DNA from: an uncultured Prevotellaceae bacterium
GTDB lineage: Bacteria; Bacteroidota; Bacteroidia; Bacteroidales; UBA3663
DNA length: 64,000 nucleotides
Direction of reading: 5' to 3'
Assembly (NCBI GenBank): GCA_964567855.1
Contig: CAZMOE010000005.1
Span: 16,150 to 80,149, forward strand
Below, one piece after another: positions 54,772 through 64,000 of this stretch (its first letter is position 1; each line of letters starts with the position of its first letter). The position numbers were made by a program, and so were the translations under genes. The notes under the pieces were generated by a model, which made no database searches, was not told the DNA's origin, and saw only the letters and a program-made list of their open reading frames with translations.

Positions 54772-55303
54772 TGAGATCTTTTACAGTTTGCAGGGCGAGG
54801 GTTTTCATGTGGGGACTCCGGCGGTGTTTGTGAGGTTTTCCGGATGTAATCTGAATTGTTCATTCTGTGACACCTCGCATGAGTCCGGCACTTTGATGAG
54901 CGATGATGAGATTGTAGGGCATGTCTGCAGCTTTCCGGCCGTAATGGTTGTGCTGACAGGCGGGGAACCTGGATTGTGGATCGATGATGATTTTATAGAC
55001 AGACTCCACGCAGCCGGAAAATACGTCTGTATTGAAACCAACGGTACTAGGCGTTTGCCTGCGACAATCGATTGGGTGACTTGTTCGCCTAAAGAAGGGG
55101 CTGCGGTGTGTCTGGAGCGTATGGATGAGGTAAAAGTCGTATATATCGGGCAGGATGTGACTCCGTATGGACAGTTGCCGGCAAAACATTATTTTCTCCA
55201 ACCGTGTTCCTGTTGCAATACGGAAGCGGTAATTGACTACATTCTGGAGCATCCGCAGTGGCGTCTGAGCCTGCAGACTCATAAATTGCTGAATATCCGC
55301 TAA
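54758..55303 (+). CDS. queE: 7-carboxy-7-deazaguanine synthase (radical SAM)
   Basis: I prefer the ATG at 54758 ([39 protein letters not shown]). It overlaps the queD 3' end by 14 nt. Confidence 0.92.
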   Translation: [181 protein letters not shown]

Positions 55304-55429
55304 AGCAGGTCCGGGAAAAGGAGGCGGACTGCTGGATGTGCCCGAAATGAAATGCGATACCGGTTTATATCCTGAAGATATCATTTCTTTCAAAAAAGGA
55401 ACCGTTATTTATTGTATGGATGTAAAGAT

Positions 55430-55460
55430 TTTGTTCTTTGTAAAAGAAACCTTATCTTTG
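55430..55460 (+). promoter_or_regulatory. Bacteroidetes-type promoter (TTTG-N19-TATCTTTG) for yhhQ-queC-queF
   Basis: -33 TTTG at 55430-55433 and -7 TATCTTTG at 55453-55460, with canonical spacing. It lies about 60 nt upstream of the riboswitch-like element. Confidence 0.6.
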
Positions 55461-55521
55461 CCACCGCTTTCGCAATGAGCAGGATATTCCGCCGATAACA
55501 TTGCATTATGCCGCTTCAAGC

Positions 55522-55558
55522 GGTCGTGTATTCTAGAACACCACGTAAAAAACAGGAG
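55522..55558 (+). promoter_or_regulatory. preQ1-I-like riboswitch aptamer overlapping the ribosome-binding site of yhhQ
   Basis: The sequence is GGUCGUGUAUUCUAGAACACCACGUAAAAAACAGGAG. It has a CGUG/CACG helix, a UUCUAG..ACACC loop resembling the B. subtilis queC aptamer as I remember it (AGAGGUUCUAGCUACACCCUCUAUAAAAAACUAAGG), and an A-rich tail running into AGGAG 3 nt before the ATG at 55561. The downstream genes are the classic preQ1 regulon. Confidence 0.6.
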
Positions 55559-55560
55559 TA

Positions 55561-56241
55561 ATGAAGCAGAAGGTATCTATTCCGTTTATGCTGCTGGGCA
55601 TTCTTTTTAATGTCTGTCTTATTGCAGCGAATTTGCTTGAAACCAAGGTTATTCAAGTATTTGGCCTGACGGTTACGGCCGGGCTGTTGGTTTTCCCTAT
55701 TTCTTATATTATCAATGATTGTATCGCGGAGGTCTGGGGCTTCCGCAAGACCCGTCTTGTCATCTGGACAGGTTTTGCGATGAATTTTTTCGTCGTCTTA
55801 CTCGGTTCCGTTGCCGTATCTTTGCCTGCAGCCCCGTTTTGGGAGGGTGAAGCGCATTTTAATTTCGTTTTCGGCATGGCTCCCCGTATTGTCGTGGCCA
55901 GTCTGACGGCCTTTCTTGCAGGTTCCTTCCTTAACGCTTATGTGATGAGCCGTATGAAGTTGTCCAGCGGTGGGCGGCATTTCTCGGCGCGTGCCATCTG
56001 GTCGACAGTAGTGGGAGAAACCGCCGATTCTCTGATTTTCTTTCCTGTGGCTTTCGGAGGGCTTATCGCGTGGAATGAATTATTGCAAATGATGTGTCTT
56101 CAGATTATTTTGAAATCGGTATATGAGATTCTGGTTCTCCCGATAACGATTCGGGTGGTGGCTGTTGTCAAGAAGGTAGAGGGATGCGATGTTTACGATG
56201 AAGGCATATCGTATAAGTTCTGGAAGATAACCGATATATGA
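55561..56241 (+). CDS. yhhQ: queuosine-precursor transporter (YhhQ/DUF165, VUT family)
   Basis: 226 aa polytopic membrane protein. Sequence: ANLLETKVIQVFGLTVTAGLLVFPISYIINDCIAEVWGFRKTR. Confidence 0.85.
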   Translation: MKQKVSIPFMLLGILFNVCLIAANLLETKVIQVFGLTVTAGLLVFPISYIINDCIAEVWGFRKTRLVIWTGFAMNFFVVLLGSVAVSLPAAPFWEGEAHFNFVFGMAPRIVVASLTAFLAGSFLNAYVMSRMKLSSGGRHFSARAIWSTVVGETADSLIFFPVAFGGLIAWNELLQMMCLQIILKSVYEILVLPITIRVVAVVKKVEGCDVYDEGISYKFWKITDI

Positions 56242-56271
56242 TATTATAACAATTCTATTAACTCGGGATTT

Positions 56272-56940
56272 ATGAAAAAAGATGCTGCTTTGGTCGTCTT
56301 CAGTGGCGGTCAGGATTCCACGACTTGCCTTTTCTGGGCGAAGCGCGAGTTTGAAAAAGTGTACGCTTTGAGTTTTATTTATGGGCAGAAGCATAGCCGG
56401 GAGGTGGAACTGGCAAAAGAGATCGCTCGCAAGGCCGGCGTTGAATTTGAGGTCATGGATGTCTCCTTTATCGGCAGGCTCGGCCGCAATTCTTTGACCG
56501 ATCCGTCCATGGAGATGGATCGGGAGAAACCTGCTGACAGCTATCCGAATACTTTCGTGCCCGGCCGCAATCTATTTTTTCTGAGCATTGCCGCCGTGTA
56601 TGCCCGCGAGCGTGGCGTTCGTCACATTGTCACCGGAGTTTCCCAGACCGATTTCAGCGGTTATCCTGATTGCAGGGATGCTTTTATCAAATCGTTGAAC
56701 GTGACCCTCAATCTGGCGATGGATGAACAATTCGTATTGCATACGCCCCTTATGTGGATCGATAAAGCCGAGACATGGGCGTTGGCCGACGAGTTAGGGG
56801 TGCTCGGGCTTGTCCGCGACGAAACTTTGACCTGTTATAACGGTGTACAGGGGCAAGGCTGCGGGCATTGTCCGGCCTGTGTATTGCGACGCGAAGGTCT
56901 TGAAAAATATTTATCGACTAAAAATAAGAATCATGACTGA
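56272..56940 (+). CDS. queC: 7-cyano-7-deazaguanine synthase
   Basis: 222 aa. PP-loop ([12 protein letters not shown]) and a C-terminal Zn cysteine cluster (CYNG...GCGHCPAC). Confidence 0.94.
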   Translation: MKKDAALVVFSGGQDSTTCLFWAKREFEKVYALSFIYGQKHSREVELAKEIARKAGVEFEVMDVSFIGRLGRNSLTDPSMEMDREKPADSYPNTFVPGRNLFFLSIAAVYARERGVRHIVTGVSQTDFSGYPDCRDAFIKSLNVTLNLAMDEQFVLHTPLMWIDKAETWALADELGVLGLVRDETLTCYNGVQGQGCGHCPACVLRREGLEKYLSTKNKNHD

Positions 56941-57388
56941 ATTAAAGGACCAGTTATCGCTGTTAGGTAACAAGACGACCTATCGGCAGGATTATGCACC
57001 GGAAGTATTGGAGGCTTTTGACAATAAGCATCCGGAGAATGACTATTGGGTGCGGTTCAATTGTCCGGAATTTACCAGCTTGTGCCCGATTACGGGACAA
57101 CCGGATTTCGCTGAAATCCGCATCAGCTATATTCCGGACATTAAAATGGTGGAAAGCAAAAGTCTGAAATTATATCTGTTCAGTTTCCGTAATCACGGCG
57201 CGTTTCATGAAGATTGTGTGAACATCATCATGAAAGATCTGATCCGGCTGATGGATCCTAAGTACATAGAGGTCACCGGTTTCTTCTTGCCCCGTGGCGG
57301 AATCTCCATTTATCCGTATGCCAATTACGGCCGTCCGGGTACAAGATATGAGGAAATGGCTGTCCGTCGGTTGCAGAGCCGGGAGTAG
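56933..57388 (+). CDS. queF: NADPH-dependent 7-cyano-7-deazaguanine reductase (type I)
   Basis: I prefer the ATG at 56933, which overlaps the queC stop by 8 nt. Sequence: [27 protein letters not shown]...[20 protein letters not shown]. Confidence 0.93.
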   Translation: MTELKDQLSLLGNKTTYRQDYAPEVLEAFDNKHPENDYWVRFNCPEFTSLCPITGQPDFAEIRISYIPDIKMVESKSLKLYLFSFRNHGAFHEDCVNIIMKDLIRLMDPKYIEVTGFFLPRGGISIYPYANYGRPGTRYEEMAVRRLQSRE

Positions 57389-57465
57389 GCCTGTGCGGAT
57401 GTTCCGTTTTTGCCGGCGACAGCATTTTTATCTTTCGGCCGGCTTGCATGAAGATCAAGAGGCGG

Positions 57466-59049
57466 TTATTGTCTCCTGATCTTTCTTGTTGCCGTGCGGT
57501 CGAAGGGTGCTGAAACCTCGACGAGTTTTGATACCTGGGCGAATTTGCTGAGTCGGGAATTGAGATGCTGTCGCATGTTGCGGAGGTAGCTTTCCGTCCG
57601 GCTTACCGCGGAGGCCGGGTCGAAGTAGACCTTCCCGATGATGCGCCCGTTTTCCTGATAGACGAGCGACTCTATGACATCATCCATTTCATTGAGTACG
57701 GCTTCTATCTCTTCGGGATAAATGTTTTCTCCGCTGGGTCCGAGAATCATGGTTTTGCTTCGTCCCCGCAGATAAAGGTATCCGCGGTGCATTTCGCCGA
57801 GGTCGCCGGTCTTGAGCCATCCGTCGGGAGAAAGTACGGCCTCGGTCAGTTCCGGTTCCAGATAATATCCCTGCATGTTTCCGCCCCAACGGACAAGCAC
57901 TTCTCCAACATGATGTTTTCCGGAGTCTCCTTCAAGGCGGTATTCGACCCCCTCTACCGCAGGGCCTACCGACCGCAAGCGGGTGCGTCCTACCGGCGCT
58001 CCGAAAATGAGCGATGAGGTTTCTGTCATTCCATAGCCGCAGGTGTAAGGGAAGTTACCCTCCGAGAGAAACTGCTCTGTCTGGCGGTCCAGAGGTGCCC
58101 CGCCGATGGCCAGTATCTGCAAACGGCCTCCGAAAACCTTATATAGACTTCTCGCGGCCCGCCGGTAGATGATACGGCGTACCAGCGGTATGCGTATCAG
58201 ATGTTTGGCTACCGGATGTCTTTGCAGTCTCGGTTGGATGATGTTGTGATAGATTTTTTCTATGATGAGCGGAACGATAAGCATTGCCGTCGGCCTGATC
58301 GCATGGAGGGCCGTGATGAGAATCTGGGGCGTCGGTTGCTGGGCCAGATAAATCACCTGGGCGCCGACCGATATGGGCAGCAGCATTCCGACCACCATCT
58401 CGTAAATATGGGCCAGCGGCAGGACGGAGAGGAAGACGTCGGACATGGTGACCGGATGAATCGGTGGGATTCGGGGCGGAACGTAGGTCAGGGCGGCATG
58501 CGACAGCATGACGCCTTTCGGGTTGCCGGTGGTGCCCGACGTGTAGATGATGACGGCGGTCTGTCGCTCATCGGTCGTTCCCGCGTCGCGGCGGGCGTTA
58601 TCTGCTGTGTGGATATCGTTTCGGTGAGATTTTCGGGCGGCTCTTTGAAAGACTTCGGTCGTTTCAAGGATGTGGATGGCGGTATTATGTACCAGATTGC
58701 CGTGATTCCGCTTGAAGATCTTCTCACTTACGAGCAAGATGGTGGCTCCGCTGTGGCGTATGATGGTTCCTGCTTGAGAGACGGAGAAATCCGGAAGCAG
58801 GGGAACCAGAACTGCGCCCATGCAGGTCGTCGCCCAGAATGCGGCGAGCCATTGTATCGAGTTGCCGGCCCAAAGCGCCACGCGGTCTCCGCGGCCTACG
58901 CCTTCGGAGGCGAGCCAGCCGGCGACTTCGGTCTGCCATTGGTATAATTGGGCGTAGGTCAGATGTTCGTCGGGGCGATCGGATGTTGAACAGGCCGGCC
59001 GGTTGCCGTAGAGGGCGTTGGACCGGGCTAATAATGCAGCTAAAGTCAT
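57466..59049 (-). CDS. AMP-dependent synthetase/ligase (long-chain fatty-acid-CoA ligase-like)
   Basis: 527 aa. AMP-binding motif IIYTSGTTGNPKGVMLSH, then YGMTETS, TGDLG and a C-terminal lysine region. Confidence 0.85.
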   Translation of the reverse strand: MTLAALLARSNALYGNRPACSTSDRPDEHLTYAQLYQWQTEVAGWLASEGVGRGDRVALWAGNSIQWLAAFWATTCMGAVLVPLLPDFSVSQAGTIIRHSGATILLVSEKIFKRNHGNLVHNTAIHILETTEVFQRAARKSHRNDIHTADNARRDAGTTDERQTAVIIYTSGTTGNPKGVMLSHAALTYVPPRIPPIHPVTMSDVFLSVLPLAHIYEMVVGMLLPISVGAQVIYLAQQPTPQILITALHAIRPTAMLIVPLIIEKIYHNIIQPRLQRHPVAKHLIRIPLVRRIIYRRAARSLYKVFGGRLQILAIGGAPLDRQTEQFLSEGNFPYTCGYGMTETSSLIFGAPVGRTRLRSVGPAVEGVEYRLEGDSGKHHVGEVLVRWGGNMQGYYLEPELTEAVLSPDGWLKTGDLGEMHRGYLYLRGRSKTMILGPSGENIYPEEIEAVLNEMDDVIESLVYQENGRIIGKVYFDPASAVSRTESYLRNMRQHLNSRLSKFAQVSKLVEVSAPFDRTATRKIRRQ

Positions 59050-59219
59050 GGCGCAAAAGATTTTTGAGTGCGGGTATTCGGGTTCCTTATATTTATTGAA
59101 CTTCTACGCTTTGCCGGTGGTTGTCGCCGGCTTGCCAGGTTTTAGTATCTTTTGTCATTTTTCAGAGAAATATTTATTTGTTTATTGCAAAAGTCTGCGA
59201 ATTGCCGTATATTCGCAGC

Positions 59220-59636
59220 ATGGGAAGAATCTTATCGATAGATTTCGGCCGTAAACGTACGGGGATTGCGGTTACCGATCCGTTGCAAATCATTGCTAAT
59301 GGGCTGACTACCGTTCCCACGGCCGGCTTGCTGGATTTTTTGTCGGATTATGTCCGGAAAGAGTCCGTCGAGCTTATCGTCGTGGGAGAGCCGCGACAGA
59401 TGAATGGCGAGAAAAGTGAATCGTGGCGTTATATAGAGCCGTTTCTGGGCCGTTTGAGGAAGGCGTTGCCAGAAATTCCGGTCGAGCTTGCCGATGAGCG
59501 TTTTACCTCCGTACTGGCCCATCAGGCCATGCTGGACGGAGGGTTGCGTAAAATGGCGCGACGGGATAAGGCCCTTGTGGATGAGATCAGCGCATGTATC
59601 ATTTTACAGACTTATCTGGAGTCGCGGCGGCGGTGA
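59220..59636 (+). CDS. ruvX: Holliday-junction resolvase-like protein RuvX/YqgF
   Basis: I prefer the ATG at 59220 (MGRILSIDFGRKRTGIAVTD...DERFTS...DEISACIILQTYL). Confidence 0.9.
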   Translation: MGRILSIDFGRKRTGIAVTDPLQIIANGLTTVPTAGLLDFLSDYVRKESVELIVVGEPRQMNGEKSESWRYIEPFLGRLRKALPEIPVELADERFTSVLAHQAMLDGGLRKMARRDKALVDEISACIILQTYLESRRR

Positions 59637-59758
59637 GAAATGGCGCTCTTTCCCATCTGCTGTTTGCTGCCGGAAAGAATGTCGGCAAGGTCGTCGCGTC
59701 GTCCGGAGCTGGCGGAAAATAAAAATCTTTATATAAAAATCATAATTCAAGTGCATAT

Positions 59759-60313
59759 ATGTTATTACCGATTTATTTATATGGTCAACCGGTGTTGAGA
59801 AAGACTGCGGAAAAGGTCACTGCTGACTACCCGGATCTTAAAGCCGTGATTGAAAATATGTTTGCCACGCTTTCCAATGCTCAGGGTGTCGGCCTGGCCG
59901 CCCCTCAGGTCGGTTTGGCCCTCCGGGTGTTTGTGATCGACGCTACCCCGGCGGCCGACGATTATCCGGAATGTACCGATTTCAGACGTTGCATGATCAA
60001 TCCGGAAATCGTTGACCGTAGCGAGGATACTGTCTCCGGAGACGAGGGTTGTCTCAGCATTCCCGGTATTTATGAGTCTGTGCCCCGTTCCGAATGGGTG
60101 GTTGTTAAGTATGTGGACGAGAATTTCGAGGAGCACACCGAAAAGGTAACCGGATGGGCGGCCCGTGTTGTGCAGCACGAGTACGATCATCTGGACGGCA
60201 AGGTGTTTATTGACCGTATTTCGTTGATCCGCAAGCAGCTCATCAAAGGGAAGCTCTCGCAGATCTTGAAAGGCAAGGCGCGCTGCGCCTATAAGATCCG
60301 CGGCGTGAAATGA
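59759..60313 (+). CDS. def: peptide deformylase
   Basis: 184 aa. Motifs [18 protein letters not shown] and HEYDHLDG. Confidence 0.95.
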   Translation: MLLPIYLYGQPVLRKTAEKVTADYPDLKAVIENMFATLSNAQGVGLAAPQVGLALRVFVIDATPAADDYPECTDFRRCMINPEIVDRSEDTVSGDEGCLSIPGIYESVPRSEWVVVKYVDENFEEHTEKVTGWAARVVQHEYDHLDGKVFIDRISLIRKQLIKGKLSQILKGKARCAYKIRGVK

Positions 60314-60354
60314 GAGAAAACAATTATAATTAATTAAAACAAGTTACGCATATC

Positions 60355-61419
60355 ATGAAAGAACCTATTGAAGACGGACGGCAGAAACCGTCGGCAGAGC
60401 GATTGAAAGCTCTGCAGGCTGCGATGGACAAGATAGAAAAGAATTTCGGTAAAGGCTCTATTATGAAGATGGGCGATGACGAAATTGAAAATGTCGAGGT
60501 GGTTCCTACCGGTTCCATCGGCCTGAATGCCGCTTTGGGCGTGGGTGGTTATCCCAAAGGCCGCATTATTGAAATCTACGGTCCTGAGTCTTCCGGTAAG
60601 ACTACGCTGGCGATTCATGCCATTGCCGAGGCACAGCGTGCCGGGGGAATTGCGGCGTTTATCGATGCCGAGCATGCCTTTGACCGTTTTTATGCCGAGA
60701 AGTTAGGCGTAGATACCAACGAGTTGCTCATTTCCCAGCCCGATAATGGCGAACAGGCTCTTGAGATCGCCGAAAACCTGATCCGTTCCTCTGCTATCGA
60801 CATTATTGTCATCGACTCGGTAGCAGCTCTGACCCCGAAAGCAGAGATCGAGGGGGAAATGGGAGAAAACAAAGTCGGTCTGCAGGCCAGGCTCATGAGC
60901 CAGGCGCTTCGTAAACTGACTTCGGCTATCAGTAAAACCAATACGGTTTGTATCTTTATCAACCAATTGCGTGAAAAAATCGGCGTCATGTTCGGTAATC
61001 CGGAGACGACCACCGGCGGCAATGCTTTGAAATTCTATGCTTCGGTGCGTATCGATATCCGCCGTGTCACCTCTTTGAAAGACGGTGACGAGGTGATTGG
61101 TAACCAAGTGCGTTGCAAGGTGGTGAAGAATAAAGTCGCCCCTCCGTTCCGCAAGGCGGAATTCGATATTATGTTCGGAGTCGGTATCAGCCGTGCCGGA
61201 GAAATCGTCGATTTGGGTGTCGATCTCGGCATTATCAAGAAATCCGGCTCCTTCTTCAGTTACAATGGCACGAAGATTGCTCAGGGGCGTGATGCCACGA
61301 AGCGTGTCGTGAGCGACAATCCTGAATTGGCTGACGAGCTGGAAGCACTGATCATGGCTAAACTCCGGGGAGGCGATGATCCGGCTATGGCTGCTGAAGC
61401 TTCTGAAAATGAGGATTAA
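60355..61419 (+). CDS. recA: recombinase RecA
   Basis: 354 aa. Sequence: [15 protein letters not shown], Walker [35 protein letters not shown]. Confidence 0.98.
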   Translation: MKEPIEDGRQKPSAERLKALQAAMDKIEKNFGKGSIMKMGDDEIENVEVVPTGSIGLNAALGVGGYPKGRIIEIYGPESSGKTTLAIHAIAEAQRAGGIAAFIDAEHAFDRFYAEKLGVDTNELLISQPDNGEQALEIAENLIRSSAIDIIVIDSVAALTPKAEIEGEMGENKVGLQARLMSQALRKLTSAISKTNTVCIFINQLREKIGVMFGNPETTTGGNALKFYASVRIDIRRVTSLKDGDEVIGNQVRCKVVKNKVAPPFRKAEFDIMFGVGISRAGEIVDLGVDLGIIKKSGSFFSYNGTKIAQGRDATKRVVSDNPELADELEALIMAKLRGGDDPAMAAEASENED

Positions 61420-61452
61420 GTCTGAAGAAGAGTTGTTTTTTGAAAATCAGGG

Positions 61453-61482
61453 AAGGGCAGGGTGTTGTATCCTGCCCTTTTC
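61453..61482 (+). terminator. rho-independent terminator after recA
   Basis: Stem aagggcagg / cctgccctt, 9-nt loop, then TTC. Confidence 0.65.
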
Positions 61483-61772
61483 TATGAGCGGAGAACGGGC
61501 TCGGACGGAGGATTTTAGGGCTTTTGTTCCGGTGCCTGTTGCATGGCGGTTATTTTTACCGGATGTTTCCAGAAGATGTCGGGTGTGAGGAAACGGATGG
61601 ATTTGCCGTGTCGTTTTTTAGTCGCTCATAACAGGCTTTTTGCCCTAAGATGTGCGAATTATGCGGGTAGTGATTTCGTGAACCTTGTGAAAAATGCAAC
61701 TTTCAGTTGTGGCCTGCCGTTAAAAAACGTAATATTCATGGCCGTTGGCATGAGGTGTATGATATTTTTAGC

Positions 61773-61780
61773 TATCTTTG
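61773..61780 (+). promoter_or_regulatory. candidate -7 box (TATCTTTG) for the PPIase gene at 61837
   Basis: Matches TAnnTTTG about 57 nt upstream of the ATG. No clean -33 was seen. Confidence 0.35.
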
Positions 61781-61836
61781 CCATGTTTTTCCAGTAAGTT
61801 CTTGTAATTGCAAATTATAAATTTAAATTTTATCAT

Positions 61837-63807
61837 ATGAAACATTTATTTGGTCTGATTTCAGTAATGATGATGACAGCAACGGTCATTGTGGCAAAAG
61901 ACAAGGAACCGGTTGTGATGAAGATTAACGGAACGCCGGTTTCACAGGCGGAATTTGAATATTTTTATAATAAAAACAATCAGCAGGAGCTGGCCGAAGA
62001 AAAGAACTTCGATGAATATGTGGATCTTTTCATCAATTATAAACTGAAAGTGTGTGAGGCCGTTGCCCGCGGTATCGATACGACCCGTTCCTATAGGGAT
62101 GAGCTGGCCGGCTATCGTTCACAATTGGCCGAACCCTATCTGAGGGATACCACTTGGCAGGATTCTTTGGTCAACGAGGTGCTTGACCGTCGAAAGATAC
62201 AAGTGAGTGCCAGTCATATCCTGGTGACGGTAGACCAGAATGCTTCGGCCGAACAGGTAAAAGCTGCTGAAGAGAAGATTCTCGGTTACAAGGCACAGGT
62301 CGAGGCCGGTGCATCATTCGACTCGTTGGCCAGGGCTGTGTCGGAAGATCCTTCGGCTCGTCAGAACAAAGGCCGTTTAGGCTATTTCTCGGCTATGCAG
62401 ATGGTTTACAGTTTTGAGAATGCTGCGTTTAATGCGCCGGTGGGGGGGCTCGCCGTGTGTCGTTCGCGTTTCGGCTATCATTTGATCAAGGTGCATGACC
62501 GCCGGCCCTCTTTAGGGGAGGTGCGTGTCGCTCATATTATGAAGGCCTTTATTGGAGGTAAAAGGGAGCCTGCCAAGGCCGCCATCGATTCGTTGTATAA
62601 TGTGTTGAAGGGTGGTGCGGATTTCGCCCGGTTGGCTCAGACGAATTCTGACGACCAGTACACGGCACCCAATGGCGGTGAATATCCATGGTTGGGGGCT
62701 TCCGCACAATTTCCGCCGGAATGGCTGTCCGAAGCATTCGCATTGCAGAATGAAGGAGACTATACTAAACCGTTCTCGACCGATTTCGGCTGGCATATTC
62801 TTCGTCTTTTGGGCAAACGTGACGAAATGCCGGTGACGGATGAAATGCGTGCTCAGATGAAGGAGATGATGGGCCGCGATCCGGAGCGTGCCGCTGTGGG
62901 GAAGAGGCTTTTCATCGATCGTTTGACTAAAGAGTACGGAATGAATCGGAATACCAAGACCAAGGCCTCGATTGTTAAGTTGATGGCAGATACCACTATG
63001 ACTAAAGCGACGTTTGTCTCTGCTCTCGGGAAGATGAAAAAGCCGTTGCTGGTCATCGGTAAGGAAAAATATACCGTTGCCGATTTTGCAGTGTTTGTGG
63101 ACAAGGAGGTCGGTAACTATGCCCGGATGAATTTGGATGAACAGCTGGAGGCATGGAGTGAAAAAATGTTGCTGGATTACGAAGACCGGCATCTGGAAGA
63201 GAAGTATGCCGATTTCCGGAATCTTTATAAGGAATATCGTGACGGAATCTTGCTCTTCGATGTTTCTTCCAAGGAAGTTTGGGATAAGGCTGCTGCCGAT
63301 ACTGTCGGCTTGACTGCATATTTCGAGAGGAACCGTTCGAAATATGCTTGGGATTTTCCTCGCTTCAAGGGCGCATTTGTGGAATGTCATGACAACGACA
63401 CACTGGTTAGTGTTCTAAAGTCCATCTATGATTCTGTCGGCGAAGATGCTGTGAAAGCCAGTGAAATTATCAAGGCAACCGTGCTGACGGATTCTGTTCT
63501 GACACCCAATCGCAAGACTCCTCCGTTCCATATTGTAAACGGCATTTTTTCCCGTGGCGATAATGATGCTGTGGATGTTATTCAGTTGAAGTGTAAGGAT
63601 AAATTCCAGCCCCGTGCCGATATGCCAGTGGTGATGACTTTCGGTAAAATCCTTCATGGCGGCCCTGAATGTGTCGATGATGTGCGCGGTCAGGTTATTG
63701 CTGACTATCAGCTCGAATTGGAAAAGCTGTGGGTGGCCCAGTTAAGAGCCAAATATGAGGTGGAAATCAATCATAAGGTTTTGGATAAGATTAAACAGCA
63801 GCAATAA
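61837..63807 (+). CDS. periplasmic parvulin-type peptidyl-prolyl isomerase/chaperone (SurA/PpiD-like, two PpiC domains)
   Basis: 656 aa. Signal peptide, SurA_N-like region, and two rotamase signatures (VSASHILV...GRLGYF...FGYHLIKV; VRVAHIMK...FGWHILRL). Confidence 0.85.
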   Translation: MKHLFGLISVMMMTATVIVAKDKEPVVMKINGTPVSQAEFEYFYNKNNQQELAEEKNFDEYVDLFINYKLKVCEAVARGIDTTRSYRDELAGYRSQLAEPYLRDTTWQDSLVNEVLDRRKIQVSASHILVTVDQNASAEQVKAAEEKILGYKAQVEAGASFDSLARAVSEDPSARQNKGRLGYFSAMQMVYSFENAAFNAPVGGLAVCRSRFGYHLIKVHDRRPSLGEVRVAHIMKAFIGGKREPAKAAIDSLYNVLKGGADFARLAQTNSDDQYTAPNGGEYPWLGASAQFPPEWLSEAFALQNEGDYTKPFSTDFGWHILRLLGKRDEMPVTDEMRAQMKEMMGRDPERAAVGKRLFIDRLTKEYGMNRNTKTKASIVKLMADTTMTKATFVSALGKMKKPLLVIGKEKYTVADFAVFVDKEVGNYARMNLDEQLEAWSEKMLLDYEDRHLEEKYADFRNLYKEYRDGILLFDVSSKEVWDKAAADTVGLTAYFERNRSKYAWDFPRFKGAFVECHDNDTLVSVLKSIYDSVGEDAVKASEIIKATVLTDSVLTPNRKTPPFHIVNGIFSRGDNDAVDVIQLKCKDKFQPRADMPVVMTFGKILHGGPECVDDVRGQVIADYQLELEKLWVAQLRAKYEVEINHKVLDKIKQQQ

Positions 63808-63838
63808 TCTTCCTTACAGAGTTAAATAAGGCGTTCTT

Positions 63839-64000
63839 ATGATGAAAAATTATTTCTGGATTATCTTTTTGTGCTTGCTGTGTGCTTGTCAGAGGCCGCA
63901 TTATATCGATAATGTGGTTGTGGCGGAAGTGGGCAAGTATAAACTGACGAAACCGGAGCTGCGCTCGGCGTTGCCGGTAGGGCTGACGTCGGAAGATAGT
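63839..64000 (+). CDS. lipoprotein, 5' portion (probably a second SurA/PpiC-like chaperone), truncated by the window end
   Basis: My own translation is MMKNYFWIIFLCLLCACQRPHYIDNVVVAEVGKYKLTKPELRSALPVGLTSEDS. It has a lipobox-like LCAC and stays open to base 64000. Confidence 0.55.
   Translation, partial: MMKNYFWIIFLCLLCACQRPHYIDNVVVAEVGKYKLTKPELRSALPVGLTSEDS

Noticed and set aside
62512-63390. A 292-aa minus-strand ORF inside the parvulin PPIase gene. Similar ORFs occur at 58201-58947 within the acyl-CoA ligase gene and at 51298-51936 within recF.
   Set aside because: All are antisense shadows of well-supported genes.
1-64000. CRISPR arrays, IS elements, prophage or conjugative genes.
   Set aside because: No short regularly spaced direct repeats were seen. 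No transposase, integrase, relaxase or phage structural motifs appear in any ORF translation.

Overview
This 64-kb chromosomal window looks like Bacteroidota, probably Bacteroidales. That call is an inference from TTTG/TAnnTTTG-type promoter boxes, several TonB-dependent receptors, and gene pairs such as folP-cdaA, recF-DUF721 and TPR-ribH. Most of the window is housekeeping: gltBD, carAB, nrdD plus a reverse rubrerythrin, tex, rdgB, yciH, an AddA-like helicase-nuclease, cdaA, folP, recF, ribH, tRNA-Gly(CCC), a queuosine/preQ1 locus (queD, queE, yhhQ, queC, queF), ruvX, def, recA and parvulin-type PPIases. I saw no CRISPR array, transposase or integrase.

Three things stand out.

1. A tightly packed seven-gene minus-strand operon (18950-29645) sits in a region that looks AT-richer on spot counts. 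It encodes five FHA domains in four proteins, two apparently active Hanks Ser/Thr kinases, a membrane PP2C phosphatase, an FHA-FHA-TM-trypsin-like protease and a secreted YbjN-like protein. One kinase is fused to FHA plus a 2-TM hairpin; the other is fused to about 950 aa of YD/RHS-like repeats. No cell-wall, T6SS or vWA/AAA partner genes are nearby. This is my best candidate for an undescribed phospho-threonine signalling or conflict system.

2. An old, diverged tandem segmental duplication (about 40478-43250) spans the folP 5' end, an NfeD-like gene and the 5' third of a flotillin gene. It leaves a folP fragment, a deleted NfeD remnant and a truncated flotillin paralogue. An 83-nt intergenic element has stayed substitution-free in both copies.

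3. A preQ1-I-like riboswitch with a canonical Bacteroidetes promoter lies inside the queuosine locus, upstream of yhhQ-queC-queF.

All functional calls come from reading the supplied translations for motifs. No database search was possible.
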